Shown: one piece after another, positions 38,358 through 47,394 of the stretch
Layout of the letters: every line of letters begins with the position of its first letter
Numbering within the stretch: the stretch's first letter is position 1
Origin: a virus
Taxonomy: Duplodnaviria; Caudoviricetes
Length of the DNA stretch: 64,000 bases
Direction: 5' to 3' (one strand)
IMG/VR virus record: IMGVR_UViG_3300032007_000075
Coordinates: 7,587-71,586 of that record
The notes under the pieces: model-generated
Told to the model about the DNA's origin: nothing
Databases searched by the model: none
What the model saw: only the letters and a program-made list of their open reading frames with translations
Position numbers and translations under genes: made by a program

Positions 38358-39613
38358 TCCCCCGAGAAGATACCGACGATAGCGATAGGATCGCCAGTGG
38401 TGACAATGCTGGTCGGGTTGGCGGTTGAGCCGTTGCTCCACTTCACGAAGTTCTTACCAGTCTTCGGTGTAGCGGTCAGCGTCAGGGTCACGCCCTTGGC
38501 TACCTCAGTGCCGCTCTCGACGGGTGTCTCACCGTTCTTGATTGTCACTGAACCGAGCTCCTTGTCGTTGGGGATAGCGATGACGGCATCCTTCTCGTAG
38601 TCGCCGCGCTCGATGTTGCCAGCCTCGATGGTTCCGCCGTTGGTAACGAACGAACGCTTCAGGATGTCGAGGATGCGGCAGCCGTAGATACCCTGGATCT
38701 GGAAAATGATGTCCTTCACATCCTCGTCGCTGCCATGTTGCACGGCTACGAACGACTCCTGACCCTCGCTGTTCACGCCGAGCTCGAAGTTGCCGGGGAT
38801 GGTGGCCACCATGCGGGTGCCGTTACCCCACTTGGCTGTCGGGGCGAAGGTGATGTTCGGATAGCGGGCAATCTTGAAGTTGCCGTCGTCGAGGAAGTCA
38901 GCTGACTTCAGCGAGCGGTGCTTCTGCTCGTAGGCGTCGCTGATATTGTTGCCGTAGTCCACGCCGAGATAGACAATCACGTTGTCGGCATCCTGCAGCA
39001 CTGAGGGCCACTTGTCGTGCCACTTCACGAAGTCGTCCCAAGCCTGGCTGTCGCCCTCGCTCTGCGGAGCGTCGAGCACGGCGCAGGGAATCAGGTTGCC
39101 GTTGGCCTCGCTGATCAGACCCTTGGCCATGTCGTTGTTGATGATGGTGTGGAAGCCGTTGTAGTAGTTCAGAGACTCGTCCTCGCTGTTCTCGTCGCCG
39201 AAGAACAGGTTGGCGTACACGTCGTCGGAGAACTCCTTACCGATCTCAGTGATGAACTCCTCGGCGAGGGGATAGTGGAAGTTTGCGCTGCCCTCGATGG
39301 GGATGGGCTTCTCCTGGAACTCGTCCTCGTTGTGACGGAAGCGGTTCCAGACGATGTGAGCGACAAGCTCACGCTCCATCAGGTAGCCAATCTTCGACTC
39401 CTGGTGAACGCCTACCTTCTTACGACGGCTGGTACCACCCTTGCGGCTGAGCACCATAGCGGTCTTCTTGAACTGCACGCCGGTGATGACCTTGATAGCA
39501 AGGCGGCTCAGCTCGGCCTTCTTGAAATACGCGGGACCCATGATGATGTTGGGCTCCAGCTGGTTCGCAATGTTGATCACATTGTCGATACCGATGAACT
39601 TTAATTCTGCCAT
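38354..39613 (-). CDS. Probable major capsid protein with a C-terminal InlB/Ig-like repeat domain
   Basis: 419 aa directly after the prohead protease; C-terminal VTLTLTATPKTGKNFVKWSNG. Confidence 0.75.
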   Translation of the reverse strand: MAELKFIGIDNVINIANQLEPNIIMGPAYFKKAELSRLAIKVITGVQFKKTAMVLSRKGGTSRRKKVGVHQESKIGYLMERELVAHIVWNRFRHNEDEFQEKPIPIEGSANFHYPLAEEFITEIGKEFSDDVYANLFFGDENSEDESLNYYNGFHTIINNDMAKGLISEANGNLIPCAVLDAPQSEGDSQAWDDFVKWHDKWPSVLQDADNVIVYLGVDYGNNISDAYEQKHRSLKSADFLDDGNFKIARYPNITFAPTAKWGNGTRMVATIPGNFELGVNSEGQESFVAVQHGSDEDVKDIIFQIQGIYGCRILDILKRSFVTNGGTIEAGNIERGDYEKDAVIAIPNDKELGSVTIKNGETPVESGTEVAKGVTLTLTATPKTGKNFVKWSNGSTANPTSIVTTGDPIAIVGIFSGE

Positions 39614-39674
39614 AGTTTTTTAATGTTGGTGAATAATGTTATTTGAAAAAGTTTTTGTGTGGTCTTTTAGAGGG

Positions 39675-41408
39675 CTACTTCTCGATGCCGTGTTCCTTGT
39701 TCCACTGCTCCTCCCGCTTCCAGTTCTCCTCGGCTGAGAGTTCGCGGTTCCACACGTAGCGGTTCACCACGGCTGCGGGAGCGTCGGCACCGCCACCATT
39801 GTTCTGCGGGGCTGCGCCTGCTGCGGGCTCTGCGCCGGGGTTGTTCTGCAGCTCCGTAATCTGAGCGTTCAGGTCGGTAATCTGCTGGTCACGCTCGGCA
39901 AGCGTGTTCTCAGCCGTTGTCAGCGACTCCTTCACACCGTTCAACTCAGTCTCTTTCTCAGTCAGAGCGTTGGTCTTTTCGTCAACCTCGGCCTGCTTGG
40001 CGTTCAGGTCGTTCTGCAGGTTGCCAATCGTCTCCTCCTTGGCAGTGATGTCCTGCTCCTGATCGGCGATCTTAGCATTCAGGTCGTCGATGGCCTTCTG
40101 CTTCTCCTCAACGAGAGCAGTCTGGGCAGCAATAGCCTCGGTGTGCTCGGTGTTCAAATCCTCGATAGCCTTCTGGTGGTCGGCCATCAACTGTTCCTTC
40201 TCTGCGGTCAGATCGTCGGCGAGTTTCTTCGCGTCGGCAATCTCCTGGTTCTTCGCCTCGATGGCGGCATTCAGCGTGGCGAGCAAATCCTTGTTGAAGA
40301 AAGTGCCCTCCTCGCTCATTTGCATCTCCTCAACTCCGAGAAGTGCAAATACTGCTGGGAAATTCTCTTTCATATTAATACTATTGTTTGTTGGTGAAAA
40401 AATGTTCTCCTTCGCTGCCCCGGCCTGCTGACGGACTGACGGCTTCTGCATCTTGCCAATCTTGCGGCTGGCAGTGCGCTCGATGGGCTGGGCGCTGCCG
40501 TTGGCGAGGTCGAAGACGCGGCCTATCACTTCGCCGAGCATCATCTGACCGTCGCACAGAATGCCCATCACGTCCTTGGCATCGAAAATCTTGCCTTTCA
40601 AGTGCTCGTCCACGTCGGTCTTCGGAAAAGCAGCCTTCATGTCGACACGGAACTCCTCACCGAGATTCTTCAGTTCCGCGATGAGCAGCGTGGCGTCCTC
40701 GTCCTCGGCGATGTCGCGCATCTCCTTATTCTTATCCACGCTCTCGGGGTCGTAATACTCGCGGTAGGTCTCGCCCGTCGAGAGGTCCTTGTCGCCATTC
40801 TTCATCGTGAAGAAAGCAGCCATCACGCCGACGCAGCCCAACTGGTCTTTCGGGTTCATTACATACACCTCGTCGCAGAGCGAAGCGAGGTACATACCAG
40901 CCGAAGCGCAAAGTCCGTCGATGAAGGCGATAACGCGCTGACCACGGGCGTGAGCATAGTCGATGCCCTGCTGGAAGTCGTTCTTCGCCCAAGCGCTGCC
41001 GCCAGGGGTGTTGATGTGCAGGACGTGACCTTGACAGAACTTGTTGTCGGCGGCCTTCATCATCCAGTCGCGGATGTCGCGTGATCCGTAAGAGCAGGCG
41101 CCACCATTGCGGGTGATAGGTCCGTCAACAGGCATCACATTTACAAAAGGCTCCTTCATCTTGCCGAGCACGTCACCCTCGCCCCAGCCATCATAGGCAG
41201 GAAGCACGTTGCCGTCCTCAGTCACCTGATACTCACGTAGGAAGTCCTGCCCCTGCTGACCGATGGCCATAGGCGACTTCTTCTCGCGCTCGATGCCGAG
41301 CGTCGCATGGTTTGTAATGTTGTACTGCAGCGTCGGCAGGATGCTGTGCAGGAACTCCTGCTGAATCATCCACTCCTTGTTGCTGAGTATCTCAAATAGT
41401 CCGTTCAT
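39675..41408 (-). CDS. S49/ClpP-like prohead protease with a C-terminal coiled-coil scaffold
   Basis: HINTPGGS, GLCASAGMYLAS, GCVGV motifs; long coiled-coil C-terminus. Confidence 0.88.
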   Translation of the reverse strand: MNGLFEILSNKEWMIQQEFLHSILPTLQYNITNHATLGIEREKKSPMAIGQQGQDFLREYQVTEDGNVLPAYDGWGEGDVLGKMKEPFVNVMPVDGPITRNGGACSYGSRDIRDWMMKAADNKFCQGHVLHINTPGGSAWAKNDFQQGIDYAHARGQRVIAFIDGLCASAGMYLASLCDEVYVMNPKDQLGCVGVMAAFFTMKNGDKDLSTGETYREYYDPESVDKNKEMRDIAEDEDATLLIAELKNLGEEFRVDMKAAFPKTDVDEHLKGKIFDAKDVMGILCDGQMMLGEVIGRVFDLANGSAQPIERTASRKIGKMQKPSVRQQAGAAKENIFSPTNNSINMKENFPAVFALLGVEEMQMSEEGTFFNKDLLATLNAAIEAKNQEIADAKKLADDLTAEKEQLMADHQKAIEDLNTEHTEAIAAQTALVEEKQKAIDDLNAKIADQEQDITAKEETIGNLQNDLNAKQAEVDEKTNALTEKETELNGVKESLTTAENTLAERDQQITDLNAQITELQNNPGAEPAAGAAPQNNGGGADAPAAVVNRYVWNRELSAEENWKREEQWNKEHGIEK

Positions 41409-41440
41409 TGCGTTTTTGATTTTTAATTTTCAACTGTCGG

Positions 41441-41473
41441 CAAAGGTATATGTTCCTATTTTTACGTGTGACA
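41441..41473 (-). promoter_or_regulatory. Phage-type promoter TGTCACA-N18-TACCTTTG
   Basis: Motif upstream of the head operon. Confidence 0.55.
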
Positions 41474-41671
41474 GATTTTAAGGCGCTTTAATCCGTTTTT
41501 CGGGCAATACAACAATCAAGGCCGATGCTCGCGCACCAGCCTTGACATACACATCTTTAATATTTGACTTTCAAAAATTGTGCAGTTTTGCTCCCACACC
41601 CTCACGGGCTCCAGAGCAAATGAACTTCAAATTTTAATCAATGATTTATAATCAATAATTCGGATATAACG

Positions 41672-42157
41672 TTAATTATTTGTTCGCGTAATCTTTATCA
41701 TATTAGATAGTGACTGCAGACTAACCTTCACCGTCTGCTTCGATTCCGACCCAACCTGATCTTCGACAGAGACGGTCGATGTGTTCGGAAGAGAATAAAG
41801 CAGGAACTCTGAACCTGATAACATCCGCAAAACGACGTAGAAATCACGGCCTGCAAGCGAACCGCGCTTCTGTCGGATGGTGTCGTAACCGTCCTTGATA
41901 GGTATCTGCAAGTCGTGGTTGCGCAGATAACCTGCGGCCTGCGGCTTCTCCTGGGTCTTCAACGTCGACGCCGACTGCAAGAGTCCGTCCGCACTTGTAC
42001 TACTGATATCCACAACCATCGTCGCCTCTCCAATCGTACAGTTGTTCATTTGCGTGATTTCGCCCACACAGAATGGTATCGGTAACGTACAAACCGACGC
42101 CTGTATCAACTCTATACGAGTCACCTCGTTGAGAAATATTTCAAAGCAATTTTCCAT
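41672..42157 (-). CDS. Hypothetical protein (possibly structural)
   Basis: 161 aa. Confidence 0.65.
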   Translation of the reverse strand: MENCFEIFLNEVTRIELIQASVCTLPIPFCVGEITQMNNCTIGEATMVVDISSTSADGLLQSASTLKTQEKPQAAGYLRNHDLQIPIKDGYDTIRQKRGSLAGRDFYVVLRMLSGSEFLLYSLPNTSTVSVEDQVGSESKQTVKVSLQSLSNMIKITRTNN

Positions 42158-42277
42158 TTGAAACTACCATTTTTCGCTTTTTAAAGTGCGCTACTCCAAT
42201 ATCTTGCCATTGCGGGCGGTTTTTTAACCTATTTTACAATACGGATTAACTTTCATTTACTTGTCACACTTAAAAAA

Positions 42278-42565
42278 TCAATTATTGCTATTTTCGGGCA
42301 GTTTTTTAATAGGGTTTCCAGCACGGTCGTAGTTCTGTGTGAACTTAGCCGCAAAGGCCATCCCTGCCGTGATGCCGACCAGATACGGATAGATATCGTT
42401 CCACCACTCCGGCACTTGTGACCCGGTGGTCTGCATGGCCGTATGTGCTGCGATGGCCGTACCAGATACCAGAGAGCAAATCCAACATACCCGACGAAAG
42501 AAAACTGGCATGGCATTCTGCCAGCGCGTCTTCAGTGTGGTCCAAAATTGATTCATCGTCTTCAT
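42278..42565 (-). CDS. Putative holin/small membrane protein
   Basis: Two hydrophobic segments (VCWICSLVSGTAIAA; IYPYLVGITAGMAFAA); likely start MKTMNQFW. Confidence 0.5.
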   Translation of the reverse strand: MKTMNQFWTTLKTRWQNAMPVFFRRVCWICSLVSGTAIAAHTAMQTTGSQVPEWWNDIYPYLVGITAGMAFAAKFTQNYDRAGNPIKKLPENSNN

Positions 42566-42566
42566 A

Positions 42567-42929
42567 TTACTGTCGTTCAATTTTAATACCTTTGTCCGAA
42601 GCAAGGATGAGATTGCTTAATCCCTTAACCTCCGAAGCCAACGATGACACGCTGGCCGAAATGGTTCCCATTTCCTTCACGATGTCGAGGTTCATCTTCG
42701 ACACGTCGCCCTTCATACCACCAAGGGCGTCGTATATCTCATCCTGCTTCTTGGAATGGGAATCAAGCCGCTTCTGCATAGACTCGATGGTTTTTGTCAG
42801 GTCTTCGAGTGTCTTCTCCAACACTGCCACACGTGTCTTTAGTGTGTTGACATAGCGAGCATAGCCTATGATGATGCCAACGAGTGCCGTGAGCAGGATG
42901 GGCTGAATGTCATTAATCAATGTATTCAT
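42567..42929 (-). CDS. Membrane-anchored coiled-coil protein (holin/XhlA-like)
   Basis: Start MNTLINDIQPILLTALVGIIIGYARY at 42929, after promoter 42952-42986. Confidence 0.6.
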   Translation of the reverse strand: MNTLINDIQPILLTALVGIIIGYARYVNTLKTRVAVLEKTLEDLTKTIESMQKRLDSHSKKQDEIYDALGGMKGDVSKMNLDIVKEMGTISASVSSLASEVKGLSNLILASDKGIKIERQ

Positions 42930-42951
42930 TTTTTCTTTGTTCTCTTTTCGG

Positions 42952-42986
42952 CAAAGATACAATAGAACTAAAGTGCGTTTGGGATA
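42952..42986 (-). promoter_or_regulatory. Phage-type promoter TATCCCA-N20-TATCTTTG
   Basis: One mismatch to the motif, same spacing. Confidence 0.55.
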
Positions 42987-43077
42987 TATGACTATCAGTA
43001 TCGTCCTTTTCGGGCAAAAAAGCAGGGCGGAGCAGCCATTAAGACCACCCCACCCCACACGTTCACGGCTATATGAA

Positions 43078-43347
43078 TTATTTCTTGAAAAGTTTACCGA
43101 GCAGCCATGACGCAGAGTTGGTAAGCACATTGGCAGCGACATCCGATCCGAACGCCACATACCATTTATCACGGTTGGCGTGCTCCACCAACTGCTGTAG
43201 GCGCTGCTGGTTCTTCCGAATCGCCTGCAGGATCTCGTCGTTGCTCCTGTTCTGCATCGAGAGCAGAACGAAGAGGCGTTTTTCCTCGTCGGTCATCTTA
43301 TCGTAGATGCGTTCGAGGAGCATCCGGCGGGCGATGGCGTTGTTCAT
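43078..43347 (-). CDS. Hypothetical protein
   Basis: 89 aa, coupled to the upstream gene. Confidence 0.7.
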   Translation of the reverse strand: MNNAIARRMLLERIYDKMTDEEKRLFVLLSMQNRSNDEILQAIRKNQQRLQQLVEHANRDKWYVAFGSDVAANVLTNSASWLLGKLFKK

Positions 43348-43853
43348 TTCAGTCCGAAGTAGGCGCGAATATCATACACGCCGTCCTTGTCGCGGAGCAC
43401 GTCGATGGCGAGGGCGTGGATGGCTGGCACGATGTCCTCGGTGGGGATGGTCGCGAGCGGCTTCTTCCAAACCTTGTCGGCCAGCGACTGCGCGTGATCG
43501 CTGTACTGCTTGTTCATCTCGGTCCAAAGGGCGCATGAATTATAATAAGGGGATTCCTCGGTCGGGATGCCGAGTTTGGTCATGGCGGTCAACCATACAT
43601 CGTGCTTCCAAGGGGCGGACGGGTTCATCCTGGCGATGATATTCTCCGCCTCCTTGTGGGTGAGATACTGGTTCCAGCGGATAGCTTCGAGTTTCTGGAC
43701 CATCTCCTCTGCCACATCGGGTTTGTTGGCGATGAGCCAGTCCATCATCTCGGTCATCACGTGGCCGAAAGCCTTCATGTTCTTCGGGTCGCGGCTCTGC
43801 GCCATGTATTCGTAGAGCATCATATACTGCTCTTTCAGTTCGTTTGCTGTCAT
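43344..43853 (-). CDS. Hypothetical helical protein
   Basis: 169 aa. Confidence 0.75.
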   Translation of the reverse strand: MTANELKEQYMMLYEYMAQSRDPKNMKAFGHVMTEMMDWLIANKPDVAEEMVQKLEAIRWNQYLTHKEAENIIARMNPSAPWKHDVWLTAMTKLGIPTEESPYYNSCALWTEMNKQYSDHAQSLADKVWKKPLATIPTEDIVPAIHALAIDVLRDKDGVYDIRAYFGLK

Positions 43854-43941
43854 AATCTTATTTGTTGAATAAATCCTTGTTTGTTACAAATTACTGAATA
43901 TCTGCATCTTTTTATTTGCGCAGAATTTCCTTATTCCATCC

Positions 43942-44115
43942 TTAACACCTAGGACAGCGGGCTGTCGGGATGCGGGGTGTATATTGTACGGGGACACGAC
44001 GAGTGGCAGTGGGCTTACGCTTGCTTTGCCGCTGTACCGCAGCAACAGACTCGACGGGTTCATCACTCACCTTCGTCGCGGATTTCTTCTTCGTTGTTGT
44101 TTTCGATGATGCCAT
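43942..44115 (-). CDS. Small basic protein (57 aa, ends RCPRC)
   Basis: Likely start MASSKTTTKKK at 44115. Confidence 0.5.
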   Translation of the reverse strand: MASSKTTTKKKSATKVSDEPVESVAAVQRQSKRKPTATRRVPVQYTPRIPTARCPRC

Positions 44116-44389
44116 ATATTTTATTATATAATGTGTCGATTGCGTACATAATGAGTTCAAGCCAGATGGCGAGATAAGAGCAAAGGAAGGATATTGCGAG
44201 CGCCATTGGTAGGTCGGAAAAACCGACGCACCACAGTTCGTAGGCAAAGACGCTCCAGCAGGTGAAGCATCGCGGGCAGTTGACGATGGGGATTTCCCTT
44301 TTGATGATACCCTCAATCGTCTCGATCAGTCCGAGGTGGTTGACCGCCGTGCAGACGAACACGATGCAAGCAATATCCCTCCAGTCCAT
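44063..44389 (-). CDS. Membrane protein with a CPRC motif
   Basis: Likely start MDWRDIACIVFVC; several TM segments. Confidence 0.65.
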   Translation of the reverse strand: MDWRDIACIVFVCTAVNHLGLIETIEGIIKREIPIVNCPRCFTCWSVFAYELWCVGFSDLPMALAISFLCSYLAIWLELIMYAIDTLYNKIYGIIENNNEEEIRDEGE

Positions 44390-44393
44390 AGCG

Positions 44394-44849
44394 TTAAGCG
44401 CCAGTAGCGACGGTGAAGGCGAACTCCACTTCACAGACGTTCGTGGACGGACAGCCGCAGGATGCTCCCACGGGTGAAGCACTCACACCGACGGGTGTCA
44501 CGGTGGGCACGTCGGCTGACGGACAGGGGATGCACTTGGTGACGATGACCTTCTCGGTCACGAGGCAACTGTTCGGACAACCATTGCCGCAGCGATAGAC
44601 CTGCTGATAGGTGAGGTCGCAGATGCAGCGCACGTCGCAGCAATACTCGCTGCCGAGGGCGCGGGGCACGCCGAGCACCTGAACGTCAATGTTACTTGCC
44701 AAGGGGAATCCGTCGGCTGAGACGCACATCTGGCGGTTGCCGCACGTGTAGTGCGTTGCATCCAGCATGTACGTGGTGGAGGCGTCGGTGCCTCCTGGGT
44801 ACGGGGTCAGACTGTTGAAAAACGTCTTTCCATTCTGATTACAAGCCAT
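44394..44849 (-). CDS. Cys-rich hypothetical protein
   Basis: 151 aa with many Cys; beta-strand pattern. Confidence 0.75.
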   Translation of the reverse strand: MACNQNGKTFFNSLTPYPGGTDASTTYMLDATHYTCGNRQMCVSADGFPLASNIDVQVLGVPRALGSEYCCDVRCICDLTYQQVYRCGNGCPNSCLVTEKVIVTKCIPCPSADVPTVTPVGVSASPVGASCGCPSTNVCEVEFAFTVATGA

Positions 44850-44920
44850 AGTTTAAAATGTTTTGTGGGTTTATTTATACGAGGACCTATTCTCTGCACC
44901 GTCCTCCTCCTGTGCATTTC

Positions 44921-45202
44921 TTAACTCTGTTCGACAAACGGGATTGAGAGTTGTCCGTCAGCCTCCTTCGGTTTCATCTGATCCTGAAGCACGCCAACGG
45001 CCTTTGACATCTCCTCCATCTGATTGCGGAGCTGCTGCTGTGAGCGGCTCATCTCAAACAACATCTTCACCGCACAGAAAATCTGCTGCGGCATCATACA
45101 CTTGGTGCAGTCCTGTGGACACGGACGGGGTTGTACCGTTCCTGGTTGCGGAGCAGCACCAGCTGCAGGCTGACCGCCTATTGTTTTCACTTCTTCTGCC
45201 AT
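44921..45202 (-). CDS. Hypothetical protein (CPQDCTKC...C motif)
   Basis: 93 aa. Confidence 0.7.
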   Translation of the reverse strand: MAEEVKTIGGQPAAGAAPQPGTVQPRPCPQDCTKCMMPQQIFCAVKMLFEMSRSQQQLRNQMEEMSKAVGVLQDQMKPKEADGQLSIPFVEQS

Positions 45203-45238
45203 AACTTAATCCTTTCTATTTCTTTCCAATTCTTTCTA

Positions 45239-45472
45239 CTATTGAAAGTATTTAATGATTTGATTCTTCACTAATGGATTTTTGTCCCAGTTGGCGACGG
45301 CTTTCGCCAGACGCGCCGCATCAATGGCACGACCTTGATGAGCATGAGTACCGATAAAAGCAACGATAGCCATGCGTAAATCCTCAACTTCCTGCTCGTT
45401 TCGTGCGTAGACATTGAACGTGATGGGGAAACCTTTGAGCGGTTCTTTCTGAACATTCTCTTTTTCATTCAT
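45239..45472 (-). CDS. Hypothetical protein
   Basis: 77 aa. Confidence 0.7.
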   Translation of the reverse strand: MNEKENVQKEPLKGFPITFNVYARNEQEVEDLRMAIVAFIGTHAHQGRAIDAARLAKAVANWDKNPLVKNQIIKYFQ

Positions 45473-45483
45473 ATTGCCGTGAA

Positions 45484-45846
45484 TTAATTAATATTTGGCA
45501 GCGGCTCGGCGGCGGGTGCCTCGGGTGTGATGGTCGGCAGGGCACCCTTGTTGGCAATCACCTGTTGCACGAACGAGTATGCCTGCTGAATGGTACTGCC
45601 ATTGTTCTTCAGCCAGTCCATGATACCGTTGACGGTGGCTGCCGTGTTCTGCTGCCACGTCGGTGCGGGTTGATCGTAATCAGGTAGTTCTGGCATATCC
45701 TTGGCAAAGTATTCATAGAGTTTCATCGCCTCGTCGAGGTCGCCTTTGCATACCATCAGACACTGCATCTTCAGTGTCGCTTTACTCGTTGGTCGTATAG
45801 CCTGTATCATTTCGAGTCGCTTCTTGTTGTTTGTAAACCATTTCAT
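45484..45846 (-). CDS. Hypothetical protein
   Basis: 120 aa. Confidence 0.7.
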   Translation of the reverse strand: MKWFTNNKKRLEMIQAIRPTSKATLKMQCLMVCKGDLDEAMKLYEYFAKDMPELPDYDQPAPTWQQNTAATVNGIMDWLKNNGSTIQQAYSFVQQVIANKGALPTITPEAPAAEPLPNIN

Positions 45847-45945
45847 ATATTGCCGTGAGAAAAGTGGCAGGCGGCGGCAGGGCCAGTAGCAAGCAGCAAA
45901 GCCGAGCGGCCACGTATGGAAAGAACCGCCGCCTACCGTGTGACC

Positions 45946-46500
45946 TTACTGACCGCAACCGCAGCCTGGGCAGTTGCAAGGCTGAGGAGCCGAGTACAGG
46001 CTGACGGGAGTCGGGTTGAGCGAGGCGCGACCAGTCACGAAGTCGGAGTAGGTCTGCGTCATCACACTGTTGACAGCGCTCAGTTCAGCAGCCTGCTGTG
46101 CAGTGAGAGACGACTGCTGGCTACCACTCACGGTGTCGGTGACAGTCTGGGTAATAGTCTGGTCGCCATTGATGCGCTCTGCACGCTCGGCGGCAAACAG
46201 GCTGGTCAGTTGGTCGAGCTGACGCTGTGTGGCGCCGTTCTGCAGGGCAGCAATCTCCTTGGCGGCGATGGCAACCTCCTTGGCCTCCTTGCCCTTGGCG
46301 TTGGCGAACAATCCGCCGAACAGCCATGCAGTTACGCCGGCGGTCACACCGACAACACCAGTTACCAATCCTGCCACAGCCACACCGCCAGTGTGACTCT
46401 TGGCCGTCAGGTGATCGAGCTTCACCTGCTCATAAGGCGACAGTTCGCTGCCTCCGTTCATCGACTTCAGCAAAGCGAGGTCATTAACATCTAAAGCCAT
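45946..46500 (-). CDS. Hypothetical protein with a TM segment, coiled coil and Cys/Gly tail (PCNCPGCGCGQ)
   Basis: 184 aa; first gene of the 43-46.5 kb cluster. Confidence 0.8.
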   Translation of the reverse strand: MALDVNDLALLKSMNGGSELSPYEQVKLDHLTAKSHTGGVAVAGLVTGVVGVTAGVTAWLFGGLFANAKGKEAKEVAIAAKEIAALQNGATQRQLDQLTSLFAAERAERINGDQTITQTVTDTVSGSQQSSLTAQQAAELSAVNSVMTQTYSDFVTGRASLNPTPVSLYSAPQPCNCPGCGCGQ

Positions 46501-46645
46501 AATACAATAGTTTTGTGTTGTTATTAAATTGAATTTTGGTGGTAGCGGGATTGCTCCCGTCCGTCGGCAAAATTCGGAATTAATCAGCGGAATCGCAAGA
46601 AAACAGAAGTCACTTTAGGCTCAAAAATCAAGCCTAAAACCACTT

Positions 46646-46680
46646 CGTCCCAAATCGTTTTTATGTCGATTATATCTTTG
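46646..46680 (+). promoter_or_regulatory. Phage-type promoter CGTCCCA-N20-TATCTTTG
   Basis: Same motif on the plus strand, upstream of the structured leader and 46909 ORF. Confidence 0.6.
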
Positions 46681-46908
46681 CCTACAACTCGGGCAAACCG
46701 ATGCAAACTAACATCGTTGAACCCTTTAAAATATAAGGAAAGGAAACATGATGATTACATAGCAAAGAAACAGGGGCTTGCCTTGCCGGAATCAAGACTT
46801 GCCCCTTCAGTCTGCGACCTCCTTTCGCTGTTTCGTCCATTGGACGGCGTATCTACAAGGAGGCTCGCAGACCTTTGGTGTTAGCAAACATTAGACTTTG
46901 CAAAGCGT

Positions 46909-47187
46909 TTGCTTCAAACATGCTGCAAAGTTAACCAAAAGATTCATACAATGGACACTATTTTCGACCATATTGAACTTTTTGAGGCATTTTTGGCTGC
47001 TCTCAAGCGCAATAAGGTCTCTGTCGGCGATGTGAAATATTTCCCAGCCTATCGGGAATACCTTCAGAGACGTTTCGTTGACAAGGACTTATATTACACC
47101 TGCGTTGATGAGATAGCCAAGAAATACAGCTTGAAGCCTGGCACGTTCAGGACCAAGATCAAGCGGTTCTCGTCAGAGTTCAAATAA
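46909..47187 (+). CDS. Small putative DNA-binding protein (C-terminal HTH-like)
   Basis: CVDEIAKKYSLKPGTFRTKIKRF; likely start MDTIF near 46950. Confidence 0.55.
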   Translation: MLQTCCKVNQKIHTMDTIFDHIELFEAFLAALKRNKVSVGDVKYFPAYREYLQRRFVDKDLYYTCVDEIAKKYSLKPGTFRTKIKRFSSEFK

Positions 47188-47272
47188 TGAGCCCGCTGCT
47201 TAACAAAGTTTAGCAGTCAGAGAGATTTTTGCATCGTTTTTGCCCGAGTTTTGTATTAAAATATCAAAACCG

Positions 47273-47304
47273 TTTGTCGTTATCAAAAATAAATAGTATC
47301 TTTG
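47273..47304 (+). promoter_or_regulatory. Canonical Bacteroidetes promoter for the recombinase (TTTG-N20-TATCTTTG)
   Basis: -33 TTTG at 47273 and -7 TATCTTTG at 47297. Confidence 0.7.
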
Positions 47305-47394
47305 CGCCGAAAATCTCCTTGATGGAGGTTTATGTCTTTATCTTCTACTAATTATTATCTTATTATTGATTTATAATCTTAAATTTAATCTGAA

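Noticed and set aside
723-40494. Stray CTGGGCG/CGCCCAG matches outside the array (e.g. 723, 7281, 8194, 12015, 16082, 17304, 40488)
   Set aside because: Several are expected by chance for a 7-mer in GC-rich DNA, and they lack linkers, cassettes and terminators. They do show that the core alone cannot define a site.
42278-42929. Complete lysis cassette
   Set aside because: Only holin-like membrane proteins are seen; no endolysin motif was found in the window.
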